A stretch of DNA of 64,000 bases from an uncultured Bacteroidaceae bacterium (GCA_964406005.1 CAYOPZ010000015.1:1170-65169), one strand, 5' to 3'. Counted from the first letter of the stretch, positions 1 through 9,541 are shown. The notes: generated by a model from the letters alone, not told the origin. Made by a program: numbers and translations.

Positions 1-731
1 TTATTGCTGTTGATAACCTTGCCTGAGCCGGTTATCGTGGCGAAAACAACCGGCGTCCCCTTGTAGAAGATATTTCCACTGCCCGAAATAAAGGCATCAA
101 GCCGGGAGTCAACGGTGATATAAATGCTTCCCGATCCGGAAATACTGGCAATGCATTCATCGGCTGCCAGCTGGAATGCATCTATATTCCCGGAACCGCT
201 TATGTCAATATCCGCATTTTCTGCGGTTCCCCAGAATATCATTTCCCCTGAACCGGTGATCAGTGCGTCGAGAAAACCCACATCCAGTCCCCTGAGGTCG
301 ATTCTTCCAGAACCGGTGATCTCTACCCGCATTTCGTCTGAAGACAGATCATCGCCTGTGATTTGTCCTGATCCTGTCAGGCTCATGAAGTTCACCACAG
401 GCACCCTGACGGTCAACAGCATGGGGGATTCCGATCTGAGGCATTTACGGGTTCCCGTGTCGATGATAAGCCTGTTGTTGCTCACCCGGGTCCGTACATA
501 GGGAATGATGTTCTGGTCGGCCTCGATTTTCACCGTATATACGGAATCAGGAATGACAAGTACGTCGAATGCACCTTCCGAAACGATCCCGTTAAAGTAA
601 GCCGGTTCACGTGTTTCTTCTGCTGGTATCCCGTTGCCCCTCAGACAGTTCCAGAAGCCGTTTTCACAGGAATACAGTATGAAGGCAGGAAAGGTCAATA
701 AAATCAGTCTGATCATTACGTTTGTTCTCAT
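1..731 (-). CDS. Head GIN domain (DUF2807-like) lipoprotein, 3' end cut by window edge
   Basis: Not in ORF track; manual translation from ATG 731: MRTNVMIRLILLTFPAFILYSC (lipobox), GNG motif, then repeated I(S/T)GSG beta-solenoid units ending IFYKGTP..ITGSGKVINSN. Confidence 0.85.
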   Translation of the reverse strand, partial: MRTNVMIRLILLTFPAFILYSCENGFWNCLRGNGIPAEETREPAYFNGIVSEGAFDVLVIPDSVYTVKIEADQNIIPYVRTRVSNNRLIIDTGTRKCLRSESPMLLTVRVPVVNFMSLTGSGQITGDDLSSDEMRVEITGSGRIDLRGLDVGFLDALITGSGEMIFWGTAENADIDISGSGNIDAFQLAADECIASISGSGSIYITVDSRLDAFISGSGNIFYKGTPVVFATITGSGKVINSN

Positions 732-735
732 AATT

Positions 736-1848
736 TTATCTGCTTTGAAGGGATATTATACATTTTTTCGGAGCCGTGATTTTTACCCTGGAGGAAGTGG
801 TATTGTCCCTGCCGACCATGCCTCTCAAACGGGCACCGTCCGCTTCCTGGTCAATGATCTCGAGTTCACCGTATGAATCGGGCATTCTCATTACAACATC
901 TTCATGTCGGGTCACTTCCAGGATGAAACTCGCCTGCTTGTCGAATGTCATGTTCAGATCCGCACAATCGGTATTCACATTGATCAGGGAAAAACCTGCC
1001 GGTATGGTGTCCGCCTTCAGCACGCCGTACCTCGGGCTGAAATTTATTTCCCCGTCCATCCTGTAAAGCCAGATCTCCGAGAACCAGCTTTCCCCGAAAA
1101 AATTGTCCGTACGGCTGACCGTATATTTATCCCTCCTGGAATTCGTCTTCAGGATTCCTATATCGCCCAGCCTTAGTTTGGAGGACTTGCTCTCGATGGT
1201 CAGCTGTTTTGCCAGTGGGATTTCTATGTCTGCAAAGGAAACTGTAAGTGTGGCATTGGCAAGCTCATTAATGATGCCGTTACCGAAATTCAGGCTGATT
1301 CTGGAGTCGCCCGTAAGGGAATTCGCTTTCAGATCACCGTTGGAAAGATTTATACTGACACTGCCCTTCATGTCGTCAATATAGATATCGCCGTATTTGT
1401 TGGTAATGCTGATGTTCATTGCCCCGGGAACATGAACCGTATAATTTATTTCCACCCGGTTCCTGGACGGGATGATGGAATTGGAAAGATCCTTCAGATC
1501 TGAAAAAAAAGTATTGTACCTGTTCCCGAACCGTGTACCTGCAAGGATATAATACCGTGTGCCCGAGAATTCAAAATCAACATTCCTGCTGATCTTGGCC
1601 AGTCTTGAAGGACTGTTTGACTGGATATACAGGTCTATTTCAATGTGTACGGAATCCTTTTGCCAGGGGATTACATGAACTGTCCCGTATTTGTTGGAAA
1701 GTTCGAGCCGGGTTTCCGAAGAAGCCGGGAAGGATCTGTCTGTCTTCCTGCTTTCCGAATAGGTCTGTGCCTGAGCCAGGCTCCCTGCAACGATAAGGAA
1801 AGTCGCTGCCACCTTCAATTTTCTATAATTCATACTGTTCGTTTTCAT
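736..1848 (-). CDS. Exported beta-strand repeat (DUF4097/adhesin-like) protein
   Basis: Signal peptide (RKLKVAATFLIVAGSLAQA), repeated NKYG(T/D) motifs and short beta repeats; start taken at ATG 1848 (alternative 1833). Confidence 0.65.
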   Translation of the reverse strand: MKTNSMNYRKLKVAATFLIVAGSLAQAQTYSESRKTDRSFPASSETRLELSNKYGTVHVIPWQKDSVHIEIDLYIQSNSPSRLAKISRNVDFEFSGTRYYILAGTRFGNRYNTFFSDLKDLSNSIIPSRNRVEINYTVHVPGAMNISITNKYGDIYIDDMKGSVSINLSNGDLKANSLTGDSRISLNFGNGIINELANATLTVSFADIEIPLAKQLTIESKSSKLRLGDIGILKTNSRRDKYTVSRTDNFFGESWFSEIWLYRMDGEINFSPRYGVLKADTIPAGFSLINVNTDCADLNMTFDKQASFILEVTRHEDVVMRMPDSYGELEIIDQEADGARLRGMVGRDNTTSSRVKITAPKKCIISLQSR

Positions 1849-2386
1849 CTTCCATGTTATTGGCGTTACCATTCATGTATCCAAGAAGGTCTTCCAGTAT
1901 CTGGATCTTAAGGATGTAATTCTGGATCATCGCTTCCACAACCTTGTCGTTTGCCATGTTATCATAGAGGTCCCGCTGAAGCTCGGCGTAAACGCTGTCG
2001 AGTTCGGAAAGGTCTTCTGTGAGACCTTCCTTCAGTTCGGGACGATCTGAAAGAAGGGGTTCGATCTGGCTGATCTTTTCATTCAGGAGGTTGGTATAAT
2101 AAATCTCTGCCTCACGGAGTTCAGGGATTTCCCTGGCGGGCTCCCTTTTCCCGGCCATCCTTTCGGTTCCCCTCTGGTGAAGATACTTCTGCAGGGTGAA
2201 TGAGGCCGCGAAAATGATCACGACAGCTGCCGCACGCCAGAGGATCCCCTTCCAGCCAATGCGTGGTTTTTTCCTCTTTCGCATTTTTGAGGCGATTCCT
2301 GCCCAGAGTTTCTCCTCCGGTTCATGCAGGTCGAACCGGTCCCTGTTGTCACTGATGAATTCTTCTAACCTGTCTTTCATCCTCAT
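1823..2386 (-). CDS. Putative anti-sigma factor (single TM)
   Basis: Overlaps the ECF sigma gene; N-terminal LEEFISDNRDRFDLHEPEEKLWAGI, TM WRAAAVVIIFAASF, helical C-terminus. Confidence 0.65.
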   Translation of the reverse strand: MRMKDRLEEFISDNRDRFDLHEPEEKLWAGIASKMRKRKKPRIGWKGILWRAAAVVIIFAASFTLQKYLHQRGTERMAGKREPAREIPELREAEIYYTNLLNEKISQIEPLLSDRPELKEGLTEDLSELDSVYAELQRDLYDNMANDKVVEAMIQNYILKIQILEDLLGYMNGNANNMEDENEQYEL

Positions 2387-2927
2387 TGTTTTTCAGGATT
2401 TCCCTTAATTTTTGTTTTGCCCTCAGGTACTGACTTTTTGAGGTCGATTCCGATATATTCAGGATCTGTGAGATTTCCCTGTGGTCATAACCTTCAAGTG
2501 CGTAAAGGCTGAATATTATCCGGTAGCCTTCCGGCAACTGTTCCATTGCATCATGGATCTTTTGCACATCAAACCTGATGCTGTCGTAATCAACCTCCTG
2601 ATCCATTCCCGCCGCTTCCACATCCTGATCCTTATATACAAGCTCCACTTTTTTCCTTTTGATGACGTTAATGCATTTATTGATCACGATCCTCTTCAAC
2701 CAGGCACCAAATGACGATTCATAACGGAATGTCCCGAGTTTTGTGAAGGCATCACAGAATGAATCCTGTAAAAGATCTTCGGCTTCCTCCTTATTGTTTA
2801 ACATGCGCAGGCAGATGTTGTACATGGCTTTGGCATACAACCTGTACAGATGGAACTGAGCTGTGGAATCTCCCTCCTTGCATAATTCTATAATTTCCCT
2901 GTGTATGTCCTGGTAGACCGCAGCCAA
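2349..2927 (-). CDS. ECF-type RNA polymerase sigma-70 factor
   Basis: Region 2 (EAEDLLQDSF..FGAWLKRIVINKC) and region 4 (LPEGYRIIF..EGYDHREIS..ESTSKSQYLRAK). Confidence 0.93.
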   Translation of the reverse strand: MAAVYQDIHREIIELCKEGDSTAQFHLYRLYAKAMYNICLRMLNNKEEAEDLLQDSFCDAFTKLGTFRYESSFGAWLKRIVINKCINVIKRKKVELVYKDQDVEAAGMDQEVDYDSIRFDVQKIHDAMEQLPEGYRIIFSLYALEGYDHREISQILNISESTSKSQYLRAKQKLREILKNNEDERQVRRIHQ

Positions 2928-2950
2928 GGTTTACTTGTTTCTGGTAAAAA

Positions 2951-2978
2951 AGACAATTAATATATATCGGGGTTGCAT
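2951..2978 (-). promoter_or_regulatory. Putative ECF-dependent promoter ATGCAACC-N15-TGTCT
   Basis: Directly upstream of ECF gene; near-identical motif upstream of the second ECF gene (17397-17425). Confidence 0.6.
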
Positions 2979-2993
2979 CGCTGCAGAATAATT

Positions 2994-4604
2994 CTATTGC
3001 TTTCTGGAGATCAGTATCCTGGTAAGGGTGAGAAGCAGGACCAGCAATGAGAAGAAATAGGCTGTCCCCGGGATGTAATCACCATTTTTGACATAAAAGG
3101 TCATTTTATCGTTGGCATTGATCTCCCCCCTGATGGAGGCCGGTACCCAGTAGGCTGTGCGCTGAAGGATTTCTCCCTTCTGGTTGATGAAGGATGAAAT
3201 ACCGGTATTTGCGGATCGCGCCACACTGCGCCGTGTCTCAATGGCACGTAACCTTGAAAAACTGAAGTGCTGCCTGTATCCGGGTGTATCCCCCCACCAT
3301 CCGTCATTTGTAATTACGAAAATCAGGTTTGCCCCCTTCCTTACATAATCCGTAACATACTGTCCGAAAACGGATTCATAGCATATCACCGGGGCCACCT
3401 GTGTACTGTCCCTTTGGGAAAAGAAGTTCTCCCTGCTTTCCTGGGTGCCGAGACTCCTGAACGTTCCTCCAAGCCGCAGGGTCAATTTCCTCAGAAAGCC
3501 GAGGTATTGGGGATAGGGCATTTTTTCTACCCCGACAACCAGTTTGGATTTTTTATAAACCTGTGGTTTCAGGGTTGTATCAATCTGAATGGCCGCATTA
3601 AAGCTGTCGTACCAGTATCCGGTACCCTGTATCTCTCTTGCAGTTGGTGTTTTTTCTTCCGGGTCGCGGTACATCTTGCTGAATGTGATCCCCACAACAA
3701 ATGATGCGCCCGGATGATTCCGGTACAGGTAATTGCAGATGGTCAGGATATACTTGTTCCTGTATATTTGGTCTTCCCATATATTGTCGTTGATAAAGGT
3801 CTCCGGCGCCACTATATAATCTGTACTGTCTGTGGCAAGAGAATCTCCAAGACCAATCATTATGTCCATCTGTCTTGTCATTTCCATTCCGCCGAATTTT
3901 TCATTGTAGGGATCGATATTGGGCTGGACGATCACAATTTCCCTGGGATCATGCTTTTCCCTGTATGTTGTATAAATGACCAGGGATGCGATCACGGGGA
4001 TCAGGACCACACAGCAAAGGGCGATGAAAACAGGCATTTTCCCCTTCAGGTTGCCATGCAGGATGATCTGACGGAGGACGAAAAAAGCAAGAATATTGCT
4101 TGTCAGTATCCACAGCGTACCCCCGAAAGCCCCTGTATATTCATACCACTGGATGAAATAAATGTCGTTGGCAAGTCCATTTCCCAGATTGAGCCAGGGC
4201 CAGTTGATTTCCCCGTTCATGTAGAAATGTTCAAAAACAAGCCAGTAGACGATGAGTCCGAAATAACCCGGGCCCTTGCCGGCATTGCGGTGTGTGACAT
4301 GGAACAGCCAGAAAACCGTGGACATCAGCGCAGTGTTGATTGTCATGGCGACAAACATTCCGATTTCCGTTGCATTCCATAGCCACCAGGTCGTTCCCAG
4401 GTTCCATGTAAAAAAGCTTACGGATGCCATCAGAAATACCTTATGGGGCCTGTGTTCGGCTTTATTCCGGCAATAGTAGTCTTCTACAAAGAGGAGGGGG
4501 ACCATTGCGAAAAGCAGTATGAGTCCCGTACTGAATTCATACCAGGCCGGTATCATCAGGCATCCGCTCAGGATGGACAGGAACAGCAGCCCGGATCTTT
4601 TCAT
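2994..4604 (-). CDS. lnt: Apolipoprotein N-acyltransferase
   Basis: Multiple TMs plus nitrilase fold with VQPN, APET, KSKLVVGVE, ICYESVF, TNDGWW, RSANTGIS. Confidence 0.92.
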   Translation of the reverse strand: MKRSGLLFLSILSGCLMIPAWYEFSTGLILLFAMVPLLFVEDYYCRNKAEHRPHKVFLMASVSFFTWNLGTTWWLWNATEIGMFVAMTINTALMSTVFWLFHVTHRNAGKGPGYFGLIVYWLVFEHFYMNGEINWPWLNLGNGLANDIYFIQWYEYTGAFGGTLWILTSNILAFFVLRQIILHGNLKGKMPVFIALCCVVLIPVIASLVIYTTYREKHDPREIVIVQPNIDPYNEKFGGMEMTRQMDIMIGLGDSLATDSTDYIVAPETFINDNIWEDQIYRNKYILTICNYLYRNHPGASFVVGITFSKMYRDPEEKTPTAREIQGTGYWYDSFNAAIQIDTTLKPQVYKKSKLVVGVEKMPYPQYLGFLRKLTLRLGGTFRSLGTQESRENFFSQRDSTQVAPVICYESVFGQYVTDYVRKGANLIFVITNDGWWGDTPGYRQHFSFSRLRAIETRRSVARSANTGISSFINQKGEILQRTAYWVPASIRGEINANDKMTFYVKNGDYIPGTAYFFSLLVLLLTLTRILISRKQ

Positions 4605-4619
4605 GGGAACATAAAGATA

Positions 4620-5498
4620 TTACTTATTTACGAGGTAAACCCCCAGTAGTATCACCCCGATCCACAGAATCTGCAGCAGGCCGATGGCTTCCCCGTCGAT
4701 CACTCCCCACATAACGGCAAAAAGAGGTATGATATAGGTAACGGAAGCAGCAAAAAGAGGACTGGTATACTTGATAAGGTAATTGAAAACAAACACTGCG
4801 ATTACGGAACTGCATAATGCGAGTATGGCAATATACCCCAGGTTCAGCAGATGACCGGGGGTCTGGAAAGCCGCCTGGAGGTCTGTGGAAAGAAGGTATG
4901 CCCCTGCCAGGGGACCCGTAAACAGGAACGAAAGAGAGGTGATCTGTGCACTCGAAAGCCGGGCCAGCTTATATTTTACTTCATTCACATTGATCCCGTA
5001 ACAGATCGTGGCAGCCACCACATACAGTGCGGAATGGTTGATCCCCTTCAGCACATGCATGTCCCCGTTCCACATCAGTCCCAGCGCACCTGCCAGTCCG
5101 ATTAACAACCCCAGGACATTCATCAACCGGGCAGTGCTCCTGTATAAGATGATCCCCATGATCAGGGTAAACAGCGGGGTCAGCGAATTCAGTATCCCGG
5201 CAAGTGAACTGTCAAGATGTGTCTGCGCTTTGGTAAACAGGAAAGCCGGAATGGCAAAACCGATAAATCCCACGATCAGCAGGGAACGCAGGTTATCCTT
5301 CCGGATCACCTTAACATGTCTAACGGTGAAGGGCAGCAGGAAGACAAAGCTGAAAAAAAGACGAAACGCAGCAACCTGCGTATTCGTGTAGGATTCGAGT
5401 CCCCGTTTCATCAGAATGAACGAACTTCCCCAGATGAGAGACAGAAACAGAAGGGTGATCCATTGCCAGGACTTTGACTCCAGTCGGGTCTTATTCAT
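4620..5498 (-). CDS. DMT/EamA family transporter
   Basis: About 10 TMs, LIWGSSF start, duplicated EamA pattern. Confidence 0.88.
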   Translation of the reverse strand: MNKTRLESKSWQWITLLFLSLIWGSSFILMKRGLESYTNTQVAAFRLFFSFVFLLPFTVRHVKVIRKDNLRSLLIVGFIGFAIPAFLFTKAQTHLDSSLAGILNSLTPLFTLIMGIILYRSTARLMNVLGLLIGLAGALGLMWNGDMHVLKGINHSALYVVAATICYGINVNEVKYKLARLSSAQITSLSFLFTGPLAGAYLLSTDLQAAFQTPGHLLNLGYIAILALCSSVIAVFVFNYLIKYTSPLFAASVTYIIPLFAVMWGVIDGEAIGLLQILWIGVILLGVYLVNK

Positions 5499-5826
5499 GA
5501 AATGGAAGAAATAAGGTGCTAATATAGAGATTTATACGCGAAAATGTTTTTGTTAAATATTATATTACCAGTACTTTATTAAATCTATTATACTTATGAG
5601 GTTTTTTTGTAGCCGCACACCGGCTTCCCGTCCGCAGGCCCGTGCGGCGAACCCTCATGTGTGAAATCAATGTCTGCCGATATTTTTATTGCCTCTTGTC
5701 TTAATACCTTTACTTTTCAGAGAGTTATAATGAGGGTTTCAATGCATAACTTATGTGCAATATGGTGTTAATTGGAAGATTATTGCTTACTTTGCCGGAG
5801 ATATCTGCGCTGAGGAGATTGCAGGA

Positions 5827-6456
5827 GTGATTCCGGAACTTGTCATAAAAGGAATATTTGTTGGATTGCTGGTTTCAATGCCGGTTGGGCCCATAGGCAT
5901 GCTGTGCATTCAGCGCACGCTGAACAGGGGGAGGATGGCAGGGTTTGTATCCGGAGCGGGTGCCGCATCGGCGGATACCGTCTTTGCGGTGATTGCCGGA
6001 TTCGGATTGAACATAATCATCAATTTCATTGAAGAGCAACATATCTGGTTTCAGATTGCCGGCGGACTCTTCGTCCTGTACATAGGCATACGGATTTTCA
6101 ATATGAATCCTGTCAAACAGTTGAAACTGCAAAAATTAAACAGGTCCCGGCTTTCACAGGACTTTGCCTCCGTTTTCCTGCTTACCCTTTCAAATCCGAT
6201 GGCTATTTTGCTGTTTCTTGCCATAATGGCTTCCATCAAGGTATCCAGTAACAAACTTGATATCGCCGGGATTTTCGTCCTGGTTTCCGGGGTTGCCGGC
6301 GGAGCCATCCTGTGGTGGGCAGTACTTGCTTCCATTGCCAACCGTTTTCGCAAAAGGATCCGTCTCAGGAACATCTGGTGGCTGAACAAGATTACGGGAT
6401 CGGCTGTCTTTCTTTTCGGTCTCATCGTGCTTATCTCCATATGGATGATCGGATGA
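5827..6456 (+). CDS. LysE family translocator
   Basis: PVGPIGMLCIQRTL..G and FLLTLSNPMAIL motifs; start moved to GTG 5827. Confidence 0.85.
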   Translation: MIPELVIKGIFVGLLVSMPVGPIGMLCIQRTLNRGRMAGFVSGAGAASADTVFAVIAGFGLNIIINFIEEQHIWFQIAGGLFVLYIGIRIFNMNPVKQLKLQKLNRSRLSQDFASVFLLTLSNPMAILLFLAIMASIKVSSNKLDIAGIFVLVSGVAGGAILWWAVLASIANRFRKRIRLRNIWWLNKITGSAVFLFGLIVLISIWMIG

Positions 6457-6550
6457 TTGTCCGCATACCGGGCTATTTGTATTTATTATTGATAAGTATG
6501 TCAGATTTTAATTTATATTTGACCTGGATTCTATCCTGTCTTCATTAGGC

Positions 6551-8362
6551 ATGAAGTTAATTGACACAGATGAGCTTCTGCAGGCTGCCAAACTGAACGG
6601 GTTCGCAGGGGAGAGTGCAGCAAAGTTCCTGATGCTCCTTCTCCGCTTCCGGAGAATGAACAAGATTTATTCGGAGAACAGTCATAAATCGGGAATCGCC
6701 TTTATCGATGCCATGATCGAGCAACTGGGCATACGCTATGAGGTCAGCGGGGAAGAACTGGATAATATCCCCCGGGAAGGCGCCTTTATAACCATCTCCA
6801 ACCATCCCTTCGGTGGGATTGACGGCCTGCTCCTGATCAAACTGATTGCGGAGATCCGTCCCGATTATAAGGTTTTGCCCAATTTCCTCCTTCGTAGCAT
6901 GAATCCTGTCAAAGACTACATTTTTAATGCAAATCCATTTGAAAACCAGCAGGATGCAAGCTCGGTTCTTGCCGGCCTGAAAGAGATATTCAGGCACCTC
7001 GACAGCGGTAAGACGCTTGGCGTATTTCCTGCCGGGGGTGTATCAAGGTTCAGCCAGGATGTAAATGCCATCACTGACCAGCAATGGGGGTATTCCCTGT
7101 TGAAAATGATTAAAAAGGCAGATGTGCCCATCGTACCCATATATTTTCAGGGGACCAACAGCCGGCTATTTCATATACTGGGCAGAGTATTACCCAAGCT
7201 ACAGGAGGTTAAACTTCCTTCGGAATTATTTAATAAACACAGGCGGATTATCAAGGTTCGCATAGGCAGTCCCATTCCTGTCAGGGAGCAGCAGGATTTC
7301 CACGACATTTCCAGGTATGGGAGGTATTTGCGTACAAAAACCTATGCCCTTGGGACATCACTCGAGGTCAGGAAATTTTTCTCCGTAAGCCGCCGCCAGT
7401 TGAAAAGGGCCGAACCGGTGATAGATCCTGTTCCGGTGGAGAAGATTGAGGCGGAACTGAGCAGGATATTCGATGAATATTCCCTGTTCAGAATCCAGAA
7501 GTATAAAGTCATCTGTGTTCCGTCCGTGCTGATCCCCAACATCATGAACGAGATCGGGAGGTTGAGGGAATTTACCTTCAGGGAAGTGGGGGAGGGCACA
7601 AACCAGCAGATGGACATTGATGAATACGACCTTTATTATTCCCAGCTTTTTATCTGGGATGTGGAAGAACACAGGATCGTGGGTGCTTACAGGATCGGTA
7701 AAGGGAAGGATATTCTGAACATATACGGCATAAAGGGCTTTTATATCCACAGCCTGTTCAGGATGAGCCGGAAATTGTATCCCATGCTGAGACACTCTCT
7801 GGAACTGGGCCGCTCATTTATCATACCCGAGTACCAGAGGAAACCCATGCCGCTTTTCTTACTGTGGAAAGGGATCCTGTATTTTCTTCTGAAAAATCCT
7901 GAATACCGCTATCTTGTGGGACCGGTGAGCATAAGCAACCGCTATTCAAGTTTTTCCAAAGGATTGATCATCAAGTTTATCAAAGAATATTATTACGATC
8001 ACGAGCTCTCGAAGTATATAAGGCCAAGAAAAGCTTTTACTGTTCCCGTCCACAATATAGATACCGATATACTGATCAAGGAATCGAATGATCTGAATAA
8101 ATTTGACAGGATCTTTAAGGATATTGAAACCGTACAGAAAAATATGCCCGTACTGCTTAAAAAATACCTGAAGCTGAATGGCAGGATCGTCGGCTTCAAC
8201 ATTGACCCGAAATTCAATAATGCCCTGGACGGCCTGATGATTCTCGATTTGTTTGATGTACCACCCGGAACCATTGCAGCCCTTTCAAAAGAGGTAAATG
8301 ATGAAGGGATCCTGGAAAGGTTTGCCTCGGCCGAACTCGGCCATTTGGAAATAAAAACCTGA
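6551..8362 (+). CDS. PlsC-type acyltransferase + GNAT fusion (OlsF-like amino-lipid synthase / 'putative hemolysin')
   Basis: NHPFGGID and VFPAG in the N-terminal half; IGRLREFTFREVGEG, ELGRSF, DPKFNNALDGL in the C-terminal half; TATATTTG promoter at 6514-6521. Confidence 0.8.
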   Translation: MKLIDTDELLQAAKLNGFAGESAAKFLMLLLRFRRMNKIYSENSHKSGIAFIDAMIEQLGIRYEVSGEELDNIPREGAFITISNHPFGGIDGLLLIKLIAEIRPDYKVLPNFLLRSMNPVKDYIFNANPFENQQDASSVLAGLKEIFRHLDSGKTLGVFPAGGVSRFSQDVNAITDQQWGYSLLKMIKKADVPIVPIYFQGTNSRLFHILGRVLPKLQEVKLPSELFNKHRRIIKVRIGSPIPVREQQDFHDISRYGRYLRTKTYALGTSLEVRKFFSVSRRQLKRAEPVIDPVPVEKIEAELSRIFDEYSLFRIQKYKVICVPSVLIPNIMNEIGRLREFTFREVGEGTNQQMDIDEYDLYYSQLFIWDVEEHRIVGAYRIGKGKDILNIYGIKGFYIHSLFRMSRKLYPMLRHSLELGRSFIIPEYQRKPMPLFLLWKGILYFLLKNPEYRYLVGPVSISNRYSSFSKGLIIKFIKEYYYDHELSKYIRPRKAFTVPVHNIDTDILIKESNDLNKFDRIFKDIETVQKNMPVLLKKYLKLNGRIVGFNIDPKFNNALDGLMILDLFDVPPGTIAALSKEVNDEGILERFASAELGHLEIKT

Positions 8363-8482
8363 TCTTTAACTTTCGCTTAACAGGGATTCCGCAATATTTT
8401 GGATTATTTTACGGTTTAAATAAGACTTGCAGGTCTTAATATGCATTGATGCGGTCCTGCAGAATAACCTAATTTTGACGCA

Positions 8483-9238
8483 GTGCAGATACAGATATAC
8501 AGAAGGGAGGATCAGGCCGACGGAAATTTTAACGGCGGAGCCATCCGGGAGAAGAAACCCATAGGTTTTCCACAGGACGGAGGCATCCTCCGTCCTTATT
8601 CCAATCTTTTCTACTGGTCACATGCCTGGAGTGAGAAAGGCAGCACCATAGGAGAACACCCACACCAGGGTTTCGAGATCATGAGTTTTATCCTTACCGG
8701 GAAAATAGAGCATTACGACAGTAAGCTGGGGGATTGGAAAACACTGCATGCGGGGGGTGCACAGATCATCCGTTCGGGAAGCGGTATTACGCATGCAGAA
8801 CATCTCCATGCGGGTTCCAGCATTTTTCAGATCTGGGTCGACCCGGATATTACCAGGACAATCCAGACAGAAGCTTCCTATGAGGATTTTCCTTCCGGGG
8901 CATTTCCGGTTGAGAACCGGGAAGGAACGATGAAAAAGATTTTTACGCAGGGGGGCCATCCCATAAAGATGATAAGCGAGGGCCTGTACATTTACCAGCT
9001 TTCCATGCAATCCGACGTAACTTTCGTTGATCCCGGGCCGGAGAATATTTTCTCGGCCTTCCTGCTCGAAGGACAGGTGGAGGTTGAAGGGAAGACTGCC
9101 GGGAGAGGGGATTTTCTCGTCATCCGCGATCCTGGGAAGATCCGCCTTGTGCAGCATTCAGGACATCCTGTTCTGTTCGTCGTCGAATCACCCGCAAGGC
9201 CTCCGTATACTACCTATGCCGAGAAATTTATGAGCTGA
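8483..9238 (+). CDS. Pirin family protein
   Basis: HPHQGFEI and GITHAE metal-binding cupin motifs; TAATTTTG at 8470-8477. Confidence 0.85.
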   Translation: MQIQIYRREDQADGNFNGGAIREKKPIGFPQDGGILRPYSNLFYWSHAWSEKGSTIGEHPHQGFEIMSFILTGKIEHYDSKLGDWKTLHAGGAQIIRSGSGITHAEHLHAGSSIFQIWVDPDITRTIQTEASYEDFPSGAFPVENREGTMKKIFTQGGHPIKMISEGLYIYQLSMQSDVTFVDPGPENIFSAFLLEGQVEVEGKTAGRGDFLVIRDPGKIRLVQHSGHPVLFVVESPARPPYTTYAEKFMS

Positions 9239-9382
9239 TATGACCGGGTCCTGTGAAACCGCAACCGGCAAATTTTGCTGTGCAAAACTTAATGCTGCTA
9301 TTCACAGGATCCGATCATCTCCTGTGAAACCGCAACCGGCAAATCAGAGATTTAATGTTGCTCCTCACAGGACCCGGTCATA
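9239..9382. repeat. Tandem pair of structured hairpin repeat units inside an 18-bp perfect inverted repeat
   Basis: tcctgtgaaaccgcaaccggcaaat at 9249 and 9320; tatgaccgggtcctgtga (9239-9256) is the reverse complement of 9365-9382. Confidence 0.85.
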
Positions 9383-9433
9383 GATCATACCCCTGAATAT
9401 TTCATGGCAGGATTTGCCCGTGTTCGCTTCAAT

Positions 9434-9507
9434 CCTGAGAAAGCAGATATAAAGAGCGGCCTTAAATCTTTGATTTCCAGCTGCGGTTTTATATCTGCTT
9501 TCTCAGG
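9434..9507. repeat. Third (inverted) copy of the hairpin unit inside a 20-bp perfect inverted repeat
   Basis: cctgagaaagcagatataaa (9434-9453) pairs with 9488-9507; inner gagcggccttaaatctttgatttccagctgcggttt aligns with the reverse complement of unit 2. Confidence 0.8.
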
Positions 9508-9541
9508 GAAATTGAAGGAAGTACAGCGAAGCAGTGCGGGG

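Noticed and set aside
9239..9382. Possible mini-CRISPR or integron attC array
   Set aside because: Only two direct copies, intervening parts are homologous hairpins rather than unique spacers, no cas or intI, no RYYYAAC/GTTRRRY ends
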